Positions 10,166 to 19,945 are shown, counted from the first letter of the stretch. The stretch: DNA of 64,000 nucleotides from a virus (IMGVR_UViG_3300021513_000001:1-64000); one strand, 5' to 3'. Notes: generated from the sequence alone by a model not told the origin. A program made the numbers and translations.

Positions 10166-10448
10166 CAGTTATCAACCCATCGTCTTCAATTATAAAACCC
10201 AGCCTCTCATCACATAAACAATCAGTTATAGTAGCAATTATAGACAGAGTACTAATGCCTACGTCATCATAATTAAAAACAAGATCCCCATCATTATCAC
10301 GTATAAAATAATAGGCTATACCCAATTTTTGCATATCTTTTTCTGCACTTAATAGTTTATTTTTATCCAATGCAGCATAGAATTTGTTAATGTCTTCATA
10401 ATAAATTGGTTCTGATAATTTAATCATTTTATTAATTATATTCAACAC
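10110..10448 (-). CDS. hypothetical protein
   Basis: 112-aa ORF in operon orientation. Confidence 0.6.
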   Translation of the reverse strand: MLNIINKMIKLSEPIYYEDINKFYAALDKNKLLSAEKDMQKLGIAYYFIRDNDGDLVFNYDDVGISTLSIIATITDCLCDERLGFIIEDDGLITGVCWSDFTDDRKKNKDNT

Positions 10449-10480
10449 TTCTTGTTTTCTTTTTTCAATTCTATACCCCT

Positions 10481-11263
10481 TTAATGGTAGTTTTTAATTA
10501 TTAAATGTTGATTTCCGCTATCTCCACTTATCCTACCAGAATGAATTTTAAACATATATTTCTTAAAATAAGAATCTACAATGTACCCACTATAAAGTCT
10601 TCTTATTAGTTCGCTATCGCCTATAATCATTAGACATTTGTTTTTAGTAGATTTAAATAAATCAGCTAACCTTTCTTGGTGTTCTTTACCAAACTGGCAA
10701 TAACCATAATTTTTAAATACAGAATCATATGGTGGATCTAAAAAAACAAAATTGTTTTCATCATTATATTCATTAAAAATTTTTTCAAAAGAAGCTAGTT
10801 TTACATCGGTTCGTTTTAATAATTCAGTGTATCTTGAGTCTTTTATTAATTCGTAATTTACTGTTTTATAACGCCCCCACGGTATATTAAATTTACCACT
10901 TTTATTATACCTTAGCATGCCTCTAAAAGCTGTTTTACGTAAATAAAAAAATCTACTTGCTTCTTCAATTTTAGTTTTAACATCCATTTCGTCTCTTACA
11001 AAATAATAAAAAGCCTCATCTATATCCCATTTACAAACCGTTCTATATATTTCAAGAGCGTTTCCTTCCTTAATTTGTTGATAAAAATTTATTAATTCCT
11101 CGTGCACATCAGCAATGACATTTTTTTCAAAATTTAAATCAAAAAAGACAGAACCGCCCCCAACAAAAGGTTCTATATACCTATCAAAAGTTTTTGGGTA
11201 ATGGCGACAAAAGCGAGCTATTTCTCTACTTTTGCCACCACTCCACTTAATTATCGGGTTCAA
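10481..11263 (-). CDS. DNA adenine methyltransferase (Dam/D12 class)
   Basis: KWSGGK, EPFVGGGSV, RYNKSGKFNIPWG and FLDPPY motifs. Confidence 0.92.
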   Translation of the reverse strand: MNPIIKWSGGKSREIARFCRHYPKTFDRYIEPFVGGGSVFFDLNFEKNVIADVHEELINFYQQIKEGNALEIYRTVCKWDIDEAFYYFVRDEMDVKTKIEEASRFFYLRKTAFRGMLRYNKSGKFNIPWGRYKTVNYELIKDSRYTELLKRTDVKLASFEKIFNEYNDENNFVFLDPPYDSVFKNYGYCQFGKEHQERLADLFKSTKNKCLMIIGDSELIRRLYSGYIVDSYFKKYMFKIHSGRISGDSGNQHLIIKNYH

Positions 11264-11280
11264 ATTAACAATCCTAAATG

Positions 11281-12105
11281 CTAAATAGCATATTTAATTT
11301 TTTGTTCTGATTTATCTTTGTTAAGTATACTAAAATATGTTTGTAGTAACTCATCACCCAAAGTAGCATGAAAAGCTTCCCACTCTTCTTTAGTTACATT
11401 TATATTAAAAAACTTAAAGAAATCAACATATCCAACAATATACTGCTTTTTAATAGCTTTAAAATCAGAATTTAATTTTACTATATCATCAACATGTGGA
11501 TATCTTAAAGATACAAAACTAACCTTTGTATTAATATTATTTTTATTATAAAACTTTTTTAAAGCAATACTTAAAAGATCTAATTTTTCTATTACTTTAG
11601 CTGTCTTTTCTGTATCTAAATTAAAATTATATTTAAGTTCACTAATAAAATAAGTATTATCTTTGCGTATTGCAACATCTAATTGAACAGTTCTATCTAA
11701 AAAACCTTTTATTAACGGACTAATTTCACTAGAAACATCTTCGTATTTAGACGTAAGATATTTTCTAATAGCAGATTCTACAGCATTACCAACTCTGATA
11801 AGCAATGTTTGTTTTGGAAAAAACGGAAGAGATGAAAACAAAATTTCATTTAGAGAACCTTGTTCTTTATTTGCATTTTTAATAATATTTTCTATTATTT
11901 TTTCAGATTTTACTTTATTTCTTACTTCGCTAATAATACAATTTTTAAGCTCATCGAATGATTCTTTTGGATCTTCAATATATATATCACCTATTGAACT
12001 TTCAGATTGTTGTTCTACTACCAACCTATATAATCCAACCATTCTAGAACTTAAACCCTTTAACCTTGTAAATTCATTCATAAAATCACGACCTTCAGTT
12101 TTCAT
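11281..12105 (-). CDS. putative type II restriction endonuclease (PD-(D/E)XK)
   Basis: GNAVE...LD...ISELK motif; adjacent to the MTase; start moved to ATG 12105, which has an AAGGAG SD. Confidence 0.6.
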   Translation of the reverse strand: MKTEGRDFMNEFTRLKGLSSRMVGLYRLVVEQQSESSIGDIYIEDPKESFDELKNCIISEVRNKVKSEKIIENIIKNANKEQGSLNEILFSSLPFFPKQTLLIRVGNAVESAIRKYLTSKYEDVSSEISPLIKGFLDRTVQLDVAIRKDNTYFISELKYNFNLDTEKTAKVIEKLDLLSIALKKFYNKNNINTKVSFVSLRYPHVDDIVKLNSDFKAIKKQYIVGYVDFFKFFNINVTKEEWEAFHATLGDELLQTYFSILNKDKSEQKIKYAI

Positions 12106-12170
12106 AATAAAACTCCTTTTAGAAATAGTATTTAAAACATACCCAAAGGGGTAAAACGCCAATTTAACAA

Positions 12171-13055
12171 TTATTTTTTAGCAAATCTTAAACTTCCTGT
12201 CCAATTCTCTAATTTTGGGCTAAAAACTTTGTAATCGTTATATTGCGGAGTAGCAGAAGCCTTATAAAGTTTATTGGCATCTAAAATAATTTCACGTAAA
12301 TTCTCTAAACGACTATAAAAAGATTTGCCTGGAATAACACCACCCGGCCTATTTTTTCCAGTAAACCCTATGTGCTGAGAGCGGTTAACTTCCGGCATAA
12401 TAACATAACCATCCTCTTGTATATGATTTATATCAACACATCTATTTATCAATCCGGCTTGCTCTACATGAGCAAGTTTCTGATATTTATATAATTTATT
12501 GCCTTTATACTGCTTATCGAGATGTGCTATATATCCATATGTATCATTATAATATCTTGGTAAAGAATTAGGATAAACATAATCCAAATAAAACTTTTTA
12601 AATATTGTCGTACAAATGGCTGCATAATGATACCCTTTATAAAGTACATGGACATCTCCATTATCATCTTTATTAAACGAAGATATTATACTTGCTTTTT
12701 CTATTTCAGGCATATTTAATATTATATCTAAATATTTAAAAAAAGTTTTATGAGGCAACACGTCATCTTCTATGTATAAAACATAATCACTTGTCAAATT
12801 AAAAGCGTCTTTAAATCCCTCTAATATATTAGTAGTTAGTCCTAATTTTGTTTGTCTAAAAATACAATAACTTTTTGCTGGGTACTGTTTTATAATATCT
12901 ATACATATTGGGTCTGCGCCATGTTCTATAATAAACAAAGTAAGTAAGCTGTCTGAAAACTTATAATAATTTCTTGCTTCAATTTCTGCTTCTATGCTAA
13001 GATAAAGCATTTCTGGCCGATTATATACTGGTCGCATAAGTATTTGTGTAGCCAC
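12171..13055 (-). CDS. GT-A fold glycosyltransferase
   Basis: YNRPE, YIEDDV and RSQHIG motifs. Confidence 0.75.
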   Translation of the reverse strand: MATQILMRPVYNRPEMLYLSIEAEIEARNYYKFSDSLLTLFIIEHGADPICIDIIKQYPAKSYCIFRQTKLGLTTNILEGFKDAFNLTSDYVLYIEDDVLPHKTFFKYLDIILNMPEIEKASIISSFNKDDNGDVHVLYKGYHYAAICTTIFKKFYLDYVYPNSLPRYYNDTYGYIAHLDKQYKGNKLYKYQKLAHVEQAGLINRCVDINHIQEDGYVIMPEVNRSQHIGFTGKNRPGGVIPGKSFYSRLENLREIILDANKLYKASATPQYNDYKVFSPKLENWTGSLRFAKK

Positions 13056-13093
13056 TTTAACTACTCCTAAAAACTGTATATTTTTATAAAACT

Positions 13094-13276
13094 CTATATT
13101 TTATCTAGTTTACGTTTCCAATTATACATAGAGGCTTTGGGTTTAAACTCAAAAACTGTTTTACAATGTACACACATTATTGAAAAATTATCACAAACTT
13201 TCCAAACATCTCCTTTACAGTTTGGACAAACTAAAAAAGTTGCAACAACTTCCGGATGTCTCCTTATTATACTCAT
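13094..13276 (-). CDS. small zinc-ribbon protein
   Basis: CPNC...CVHC; ATG 13276 preferred because it follows the stop of the upstream small ORF. Confidence 0.6.
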   Translation of the reverse strand: MSIIRRHPEVVATFLVCPNCKGDVWKVCDNFSIMCVHCKTVFEFKPKASMYNWKRKLDKI

Positions 13277-13280
13277 TGTA

Positions 13281-13436
13281 TCAATCTCCGGTTGTTTTAA
13301 AAAAAGCCTTAGCAAACCTACGAATTACTTCTAACTCATATTGACTCAAAACATTACCAATACCTTCAATCCAATCTCCTATTTCTATATTATCAAAATC
13401 TTCAATAGTTGCCTTATTCATATAAATTTTTTTCAT
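13281..13436 (-). CDS. small hypothetical protein (51 aa, not in the ORF track)
   Basis: MKKIYMNKATIEDFDNIEIGDWIEGIGNVLSQYELEVIRRFAKAFFKTTGD fills the gap between 13276 and 13439. Confidence 0.55.
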   Translation of the reverse strand: MKKIYMNKATIEDFDNIEIGDWIEGIGNVLSQYELEVIRRFAKAFFKTTGD

Positions 13437-13438
13437 AA

Positions 13439-14572
13439 CTATTTTTTAGCTCCTACAACTTTTTTTAAAGTTTCAATATATAACTGGCCTATAATCTGAT
13501 AATTAAAATATTTAATTACATGTTCTTTAGCAGATAAACCCGTTTTTTTAGCCTCGTTTTTATGTTCATATATATACTTCATTATATCAGAAGCTTGTTT
13601 AACATCAGCTTGTGCCCAACACTGATCTGAAACATACCAAGGAGTATTAATCATTCCAAACACAGGAGTTAAAACATAATCAATTAAATAACTATTATTT
13701 TTATTTAAAAATTGATTTACTCCGCCATATCCAGTTACTATAGAAGGATTCCCAACCGCAGATGCTTCAGCAATAGGTAATCCAAAACCTTCTCCTCTGT
13801 TCAAACTAACAAAACAATCACCAAACTTATGTAATTCTAATATTTCTCTATTAGATAATATATCTAATATTAAATACACTCTAGCATAATTTTTTCCTTT
13901 TGGAAGTATTATACTTTCCTTTATTTTTTTAATTGTTTGTATAACAATATTTTGTTCCTGTTCTGAATAACCATACCTATAAACCTTAAGAACCAACGCT
14001 ACGTTGTCTTCACCACTAAAAGCATGCCAATATGCTCTAAGAAGAGAAACTGGGTCTTTCTTTTCAACCATCTGAAACACAGAATAAAAAATATAATCAT
14101 CTTTTTGTGGGCCATTCATAATAAATTTACCAATGCCATTAAACTGCGTGGTATCTATAATGTGAGGAACACAATATATAGGAACAGTCACCCCACTATT
14201 ACTAAATACTTCAACATTCCACTTACACGGAACAAGTATAGCATCCATGCTATTACAATAATTTATCCAATCATGTGGTATCTTATCAGTCTCCCATACA
14301 GTATATCCTATATTTATTTTTCCTTCTTCTCTATATAAAGGATAGTGTTCTGGAGTTAAATGTATTAAATTAACATCATAATCTATTCGCCTGTTTATAT
14401 AACTTGATAAATAATCTCCAAGTTTTCCAAGATCTGGCCGTTGTTGTTCAAAACTAACAGGTGATAATGTAAGATCAACACCTTGTTCTATCAAAGCTTT
14501 TATATAATGTCTAGCACAAGAACCATAACCACTACCGTCTAGTATAGAACCCCAATATTTTATTTTTAACAT
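13439..14572 (-). CDS. GT4 glycosyltransferase
   Basis: SGYG, TVWET and GEGFGLPIAEA motifs. Confidence 0.9.
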   Translation of the reverse strand: MLKIKYWGSILDGSGYGSCARHYIKALIEQGVDLTLSPVSFEQQRPDLGKLGDYLSSYINRRIDYDVNLIHLTPEHYPLYREEGKINIGYTVWETDKIPHDWINYCNSMDAILVPCKWNVEVFSNSGVTVPIYCVPHIIDTTQFNGIGKFIMNGPQKDDYIFYSVFQMVEKKDPVSLLRAYWHAFSGEDNVALVLKVYRYGYSEQEQNIVIQTIKKIKESIILPKGKNYARVYLILDILSNREILELHKFGDCFVSLNRGEGFGLPIAEASAVGNPSIVTGYGGVNQFLNKNNSYLIDYVLTPVFGMINTPWYVSDQCWAQADVKQASDIMKYIYEHKNEAKKTGLSAKEHVIKYFNYQIIGQLYIETLKKVVGAKK

Positions 14573-14581
14573 AATTAAATC

Positions 14582-14657
14582 CGATGCTTTTTTGTTAACT
14601 TACGTTAACAAATGCACCACTCTCCTTTTTCAGAGTGATGGGGGCATCTCCCAAAAC
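14582..14657 (-). promoter_or_regulatory. conserved SD-hairpin leader element, copy 1
   Basis: 43-nt core 14585-14627 is 40/43 identical to copy 3 and 38/43 to copy 2; AAGGAG, then stem-loop, then 9 nt, then ATG 14572. Confidence 0.8.
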
Positions 14658-14678
14658 TCGCAATAAAATGTTGCGAGT
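14656..14678 (-). terminator. possible intrinsic terminator/attenuator hairpin
   Basis: Perfect 8-bp inverted repeat ACTCGCAA/TTGCGAGT followed by only a short U run on the minus strand. Confidence 0.35.
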
Positions 14679-14796
14679 GCCATTAATGTCTCTATCGATC
14701 TTGTTTTTTTTAAAATGTTAATGTATCAGCAACAGTTAATTAGCCTTTATAAATTTCTAATGATACACCCACGATCGAAGGCCGGGAATTACGTGA

Positions 14797-15024
14797 CTAA
14801 ATTTGTTCATCATCAAGTTCGTTTATTCCACATATTTTGACCATATCCCATAACAAAACATAATCCTTTTTTTCTAAATAATGACAATAACCATAAGAAC
14901 AACCATCGTCATCTTCACCATACTCCCAATATGGACACGGTTTTATTTTGTATTTACCGTCTTTAAATCCAAGAGATGTATAACAATAATCACCATAAGG
15001 TATTTCTGCAATTTTTTTACTCAT
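14797..15024 (-). CDS. small Cys-rich hypothetical protein
   Basis: IPYGDYCY...CPYW...YCHYL...ICGIN; AAGGA SD upstream. Confidence 0.7.
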   Translation of the reverse strand: MSKKIAEIPYGDYCYTSLGFKDGKYKIKPCPYWEYGEDDDGCSYGYCHYLEKKDYVLLWDMVKICGINELDDEQI

Positions 15025-15060
15025 ATAAAAATCCTTTTAATATAACTTTATTTTATTGTA

Positions 15061-15076
15061 CGCAATTTCTATGCCA
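15061..15076 (-). promoter_or_regulatory. sigma54-type promoter TGGCATAGAAATTGCG
   Basis: GG-N10-GC; intergenic, upstream of the ORF starting at 15024. Confidence 0.7.
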
Positions 15077-15104
15077 AATCTTGAAAACTTGTATCCCCAA
15101 AATA

Positions 15105-17561
15105 TTAAATACTCACAGATTTAAACGGTTTAATTACTTCAGTATTTGTTACTGTAAACTGTGATTTAAATATATTAGATGCTTCATTAAATAAATTAAT
15201 CCATTTAGGTACAATACTACGTTCCCAGGTTAAATTATTTATAACATACTTATAAGCCGCCTCTGCTTTTTCTTTAGCCTCTTCTGGATTATTTATAACA
15301 TGATTCATAACTTTAACAAGATGATCTATATCAACTAAAGGTCTTAAAACCTCATTATCGTTTGGTAAAATAGTATATAAATTTTCATTTGTTCCTGAAT
15401 CTACCAAATAAGCTATATCATCATTTATTAATTCAGGAATCATTGTATTATTTGGCATAATAACGGGTTTTTTTGTTGCCATACCTTCAATCCAAGAGTT
15501 ATGAACTATCATATTTTCTGCTACAAAATTATTAGTATTTTCGACTTGAATATCTACAAGAGTTCCCCTATACGGAACTTTATTAATTGTTTTGATAGGC
15601 AAAAGTAAATATTTTTTATTTTGACTACATTTTTCGCCATTATATACACGATCAGAAATAATGTTAGGTTCTATATTAAACATTTTTAATAATTTTCTTT
15701 TTGAAATACCAGAAACATTTACCTTATATTCAACCCTACTAGTTCTCACAGAACTTAGTATTCCTAGCTTTGCTAAAATTAATCTAAGACCGTAAGCTAC
15801 GTGTTTTGAAGTAGTCGAAAAAGTCATCTCATAATCTGTTTTACAATAACAACCATCACCAATAAACTCACCATTAACAAATTCGATTAAATACTCTAAC
15901 GGTTGATTCAATAAAATAGATGGTATTTTTTTATTTCTAGCCCCATGATCAAACAAATTATAAAATAAATTTGCAACAACAGACGAATAAAATCTAATAG
16001 TTTGACAACCATATTTATTGCCACGACTTTTGTTATCTGTATAATAAACATTTAACCCAAAAACCTTTTTCATTTCATTCGCTACAAATTCAATTATATT
16101 TGTTTCTTTTTTATTAAAACTAAATAAAATACTATCTTTTTTAGAAGCACTAACGCACCCTTCAGCCAAATATAAACCAAATAAACGCATAAGTGTTTTT
16201 GTTATTTTTATTTTTTTAGGTATAAAAATACCAGCATTTTCAATAAAATTAGAAGTTAGCCTAAACATGTCCCCTGTTTCTTCTAAATTTAATATTTGTC
16301 TTGCGTTTAAAGTTTGTGTAACTATATCATATATATCTAATTCGCTTTTTGTTTCAAAATGTTTCTTTGGAAATAATAAATTATCTCCTATTTTTAAATT
16401 CTCAGCTTTTTTCCATATATATTCTCCATTTTCAAAAACTTTAAAACCATGCTCTGGAGAAGTTTTTAATGGTATATTAGATAACCACGTAGTTATTTCA
16501 TAAAGATCACCATCAAAATCTCTCGACATTATTGCTCGAACTTTATTATAAGTTCCGTCATCAGACAAAACTTTATCTTGTATTGTAATATCTCCAATCT
16601 CTTTAAGCCCTTCTTCCGTATATATTGTTGAATGATTACAAATACATAAACCAAAACCTTCTCCTAACGCAGTACTAACAACACAATCACAAGAATTATA
16701 CAAAATATTAACAACTGGAACAGGATATCCCTGATTTGGGCCAAAATTTTGTGGAAATACTACATCTGTTTTAGTACTTAAACCTAAAACTTCACAGACT
16801 TTATCTAATCGCCACCCCTGATCTCTTACTGCCATGTGACAATAAGCTAAAACATTCGAATTAGTTTCTTTTACTTGTTTATATGCTCTTATAAATCTTG
16901 GAATATCTTTTCTTTGTTGATTTCTATTTAAATTACAAAAAATAAACTTATCTGCTTGAGGACCAAAGTATCTTTTCCTAAAATCTACTGCTTCTTGATC
17001 CTGTCTTGGGTAAAAATCTTTATCATTAACCCCGTGATAAATAACTCTAATATTTTTTTTAGTCGCAGTATCACCAAGAGCCAATAATGTAGCATCTTTA
17101 GCAAACTGAGTATAAGCTACAGGAATATCAACCGAAGTTACTGCCTCTGCCCAAGACTTTTTAATAATAGAGTCACATGGATAATAACACAAACTAACAA
17201 ATTTCTTTCCTTGCGCTTTTAATTGCGGAATATATTCTGTAAGAAACTGCAAAATAAAAGAATCTTGCAAAAAAAACAAGATATCAAACTCCATATGTTT
17301 AGCCATTTCCATAAACTTTTTTCTTCCATAAGGATCATGCTCTGAATTTAAACCGGCAGGCCAAATATTAAACACCTGTGTTAATGGTGGAGCAGGTGAT
17401 CCCCAGTAGTTAATTGCAAAAATATCAATATCATATTTACCTGTTTCATATAGCCCTGTAAAAATATTCTTAGCCACTGTTCCAAAACCAGTCGCCACAG
17501 TAGGGCTATCGCAATAAGCCAAAATTTTTAATTTCTTTTGTTGTCTTGGTTGATTAAACAT
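15105..17561 (-). CDS. GT4 glycosyltransferase containing an intein
   Basis: TGFG, NRNQQRKD and GEGFGL/SWIEGMA motifs, split by a 383-aa intein; spliced product would be 435 aa. Confidence 0.9.
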   Translation of the reverse strand: MFNQPRQQKKLKILAYCDSPTVATGFGTVAKNIFTGLYETGKYDIDIFAINYWGSPAPPLTQVFNIWPAGLNSEHDPYGRKKFMEMAKHMEFDILFFLQDSFILQFLTEYIPQLKAQGKKFVSLCYYPCDSIIKKSWAEAVTSVDIPVAYTQFAKDATLLALGDTATKKNIRVIYHGVNDKDFYPRQDQEAVDFRKRYFGPQADKFIFCNLNRNQQRKDIPRFIRAYKQVKETNSNVLAYCHMAVRDQGWRLDKVCEVLGLSTKTDVVFPQNFGPNQGYPVPVVNILYNSCDCVVSTALGEGFGLCICNHSTIYTEEGLKEIGDITIQDKVLSDDGTYNKVRAIMSRDFDGDLYEITTWLSNIPLKTSPEHGFKVFENGEYIWKKAENLKIGDNLLFPKKHFETKSELDIYDIVTQTLNARQILNLEETGDMFRLTSNFIENAGIFIPKKIKITKTLMRLFGLYLAEGCVSASKKDSILFSFNKKETNIIEFVANEMKKVFGLNVYYTDNKSRGNKYGCQTIRFYSSVVANLFYNLFDHGARNKKIPSILLNQPLEYLIEFVNGEFIGDGCYCKTDYEMTFSTTSKHVAYGLRLILAKLGILSSVRTSRVEYKVNVSGISKRKLLKMFNIEPNIISDRVYNGEKCSQNKKYLLLPIKTINKVPYRGTLVDIQVENTNNFVAENMIVHNSWIEGMATKKPVIMPNNTMIPELINDDIAYLVDSGTNENLYTILPNDNEVLRPLVDIDHLVKVMNHVINNPEEAKEKAEAAYKYVINNLTWERSIVPKWINLFNEASNIFKSQFTVTNTEVIKPFKSVSI
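15498..16646 (-). mobile_element. intein with LAGLIDADG homing endonuclease
   Basis: Starts at Cys (CICNHSTI); block B TSPEH; LFGLYLAEG and VNGEFIGDG helices; ends VHN before extein Ser+1. Confidence 0.92.
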
Positions 17562-17596
17562 AAAACTTTCTCCTTAACAATAATCATTTATAATAT

Positions 17597-18733
17597 TTAT
17601 TTTTTCTTCCTACGAATATCTAAAATAGAAGTAGTATAACTAACATTTGAAATAGCATCTGCCTCTTCTTTAGTAATTATCTTCTTTTTAATAAGATCAT
17701 TTAATTTCTTATTTACAACACTAACACATTTAACTAAATCATCAGCACCTACAATACTATATAAAGCATAAGGATCATAACTAATCCTGGGTATTTGTCT
17801 TGTAAAAATATTGAATTCGTCTGTAACTATTTTATTATTATTCGAAGCATTAATTTTTTTAACTAAAATACTTTTAATTTCTTTCATTTTTAACTCTAAA
17901 CTTTTAACCAAAATACGCATCTTATCATATGCATCTGCCAAAGCATTTTCATCATCAAAAATATGATGATCTGGTATATTATCCTTTATTTCTTTTATAG
18001 CAGGGCACACATTTATATACTCACACCAAGGACAAAATTTATTAAGCTCTGGTTTTAAATCTTTCTTTTTTGCCTTTAAAATTAATTCATAATTAGTTTT
18101 TAATAATTGAATAAAAGAATACCTCTGTTCTTCTGTTCTTTCACTATATTTTGGAAAAAATCTTAAATAATCTAAACATACAATATATTTACTATAATCA
18201 GGAAAGAGTACTCTCGCCGCAGAATCATACAAAGAAAGCTGAATATCTACATTAATTTCATTATCAGTAAGAACACTATGCGATGTTTTGTAATCTATAA
18301 CACACAAAGTACTATTGTTAAACTCAACTACTTTATCCATAGCCCCTATAACAGGAACACCGGCAACTTCAACTTTAAAATTTTTTTCTAATGTTATAAT
18401 CTTTTGATTAAATTCAAATTTATCTAATTTCGATAAAAGCAAATTAAGACCATCAAAAATAACAGCTTCATCACCAATATTTAAACGAGAACACTCAGAC
18501 ATATAAACTCTAACTATTTTATCTATATCGTTCTCATCAAAACTTTTTAATGATTTAGTTTTAACTAAGCTTCCTGCGTATTCTAAAGCAGCATGATCAG
18601 CAAGACCCATAGTTAAATAATCCTCATTTTCTTTTACAGGTTTGGCCTGAAATTTATGATAAATACAACCATATTTATATTTACATTGTAGCCATGTTCT
18701 TAATCTTGATGCTGATAAAGCAGATATTTTCAT
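17597..18733 (-). CDS. PD-(D/E)XK nuclease (RecB/Cas4-like, Fe-S cysteines)
   Basis: SAS..C; GAMD...IDYKT; QLSLY; CPWCEYINVC. Confidence 0.85.
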   Translation of the reverse strand: MKISALSASRLRTWLQCKYKYGCIYHKFQAKPVKENEDYLTMGLADHAALEYAGSLVKTKSLKSFDENDIDKIVRVYMSECSRLNIGDEAVIFDGLNLLLSKLDKFEFNQKIITLEKNFKVEVAGVPVIGAMDKVVEFNNSTLCVIDYKTSHSVLTDNEINVDIQLSLYDSAARVLFPDYSKYIVCLDYLRFFPKYSERTEEQRYSFIQLLKTNYELILKAKKKDLKPELNKFCPWCEYINVCPAIKEIKDNIPDHHIFDDENALADAYDKMRILVKSLELKMKEIKSILVKKINASNNNKIVTDEFNIFTRQIPRISYDPYALYSIVGADDLVKCVSVVNKKLNDLIKKKIITKEEADAISNVSYTTSILDIRRKKK

Positions 18734-18743
18734 AATATTTCTC

Positions 18744-19553
18744 CTAATTTAATAATTTTCGTAAAATTTCTTTATCCTCATCAGAAAAAGAAGAACTACT
18801 TGGAAATTTTATATCTATATTTACAACTAGAGAACCAAAATTACCAGAATTGTCTGGTACACCACCGCCGTTTACAATAATACTTTGGCCGGGTTTTATT
18901 CCTGGTTTTATACTCACTAGTGTTTCTTTTGTTTTAACTTCACCTTTACCGGTTCCATTACACAAAGTACATTTTTTTGTTGCTATCTTACCCGAACCCC
19001 CACAAGAACTGCAAGGCATTGTTATTATAGAATTCCGACCGTGTTGTATTCTTCTAACGCCAGAACCACCACAAGCTTCGCAAGTTCTATATTCTTCTAC
19101 ACCAGAACCACCACAATGTTTACATACAGTTCTATAATTAAATTTTACATTTTTTTCAACTCCAAAAATACTTTCATACAAAGTTATTTCAATACGTATA
19201 TTTGTAGTTTTTGGTTGAGAAGAACGCTTACCGTGAAATATATTATTAAAATTCATATCAAAACTAGAAAATATATCTTCAAAAGGATTCCTTCCAAAAC
19301 CAAAACCACCAAATGGGTTATCAAAACCAGAACTACCCTGTCTGTTAGGGTCTATACCCATATCATACATCTTTCTTTTTTCGGGATCACTTAGAACAGA
19401 GTAAGCCTCGTTAACTTTTTTAAACATCTCTTCTGCTTTTTTATCACCAGCATTCTTATCTGGATGATATTCCATAGCTTTTTTACGAAAAGCTTTCTTT
19501 ATATCAGAATCAGATGCCGATCTTGAAACTTCTAATATTTTATAATAATCCAT
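18744..19553 (-). CDS. dnaJ: DnaJ chaperone (J domain, G/F region, Zn finger)
   Basis: HPD motif; four CxxCxGxG repeats; shortened C-terminal domain. Confidence 0.95.
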   Translation of the reverse strand: MDYYKILEVSRSASDSDIKKAFRKKAMEYHPDKNAGDKKAEEMFKKVNEAYSVLSDPEKRKMYDMGIDPNRQGSSGFDNPFGGFGFGRNPFEDIFSSFDMNFNNIFHGKRSSQPKTTNIRIEITLYESIFGVEKNVKFNYRTVCKHCGGSGVEEYRTCEACGGSGVRRIQHGRNSIITMPCSSCGGSGKIATKKCTLCNGTGKGEVKTKETLVSIKPGIKPGQSIIVNGGGVPDNSGNFGSLVVNIDIKFPSSSSFSDEDKEILRKLLN

Positions 19554-19570
19554 TATCGTTTTCCTATATA

Positions 19571-19936
19571 TTATTCCATAATTTCTAACAAATCTCCGAC
19601 TACAGATAGTACTTTATCTTTATTGTTTACTGTTATTGAAGCTATTGAAAAAATCTGATTTTCTTTTAACGCAGGATATTTCTCTGTTGCAAATAAAAGC
19701 TCAATAACTTTTACTGACATTATATAAGTATACAAATCATTTTGTATTACAACCTCAATATCATCATTAGTTTTATCTTTATTTGTCAACTCAAAGAAAT
19801 CTGGATACAACTCTGAAAATTTACCATGCAAAGGTACATCAATAATGTAAGAACTAACTATTCGTTTAAAAGAATATGCCTTAAACGGTAAAATAACAAA
19901 GCCTGGCTGTCCTTTTATAATATTATTTTTTTCCAT
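19571..19936 (-). CDS. hypothetical protein
   Basis: 121-aa ORF from ATG 19936 (the track starts it at TTG 19951). Confidence 0.65.
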   Translation of the reverse strand: MEKNNIIKGQPGFVILPFKAYSFKRIVSSYIIDVPLHGKFSELYPDFFELTNKDKTNDDIEVVIQNDLYTYIMSVKVIELLFATEKYPALKENQIFSIASITVNNKDKVLSVVGDLLEIME

Positions 19937-19945
19937 TTTATAATA

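Noticed and set aside
13769-13784. TGGATTACCTATTGCT, a GG-N10-GC match
   Set aside because: Inside the conserved GFGLPIA coding motif, with a poor -24 box; likely chance, and shows that loose matches do occur
14585-14620. T4 gene 60-style translational bypassing across the hairpin
   Set aside because: No matched take-off and landing codons, and the frame differs between copies
17597-18733. Cas4 as evidence of a CRISPR-Cas system
   Set aside because: No cas1/cas2 or array; stand-alone Cas4/RecB-like nucleases are common in phage replication modules
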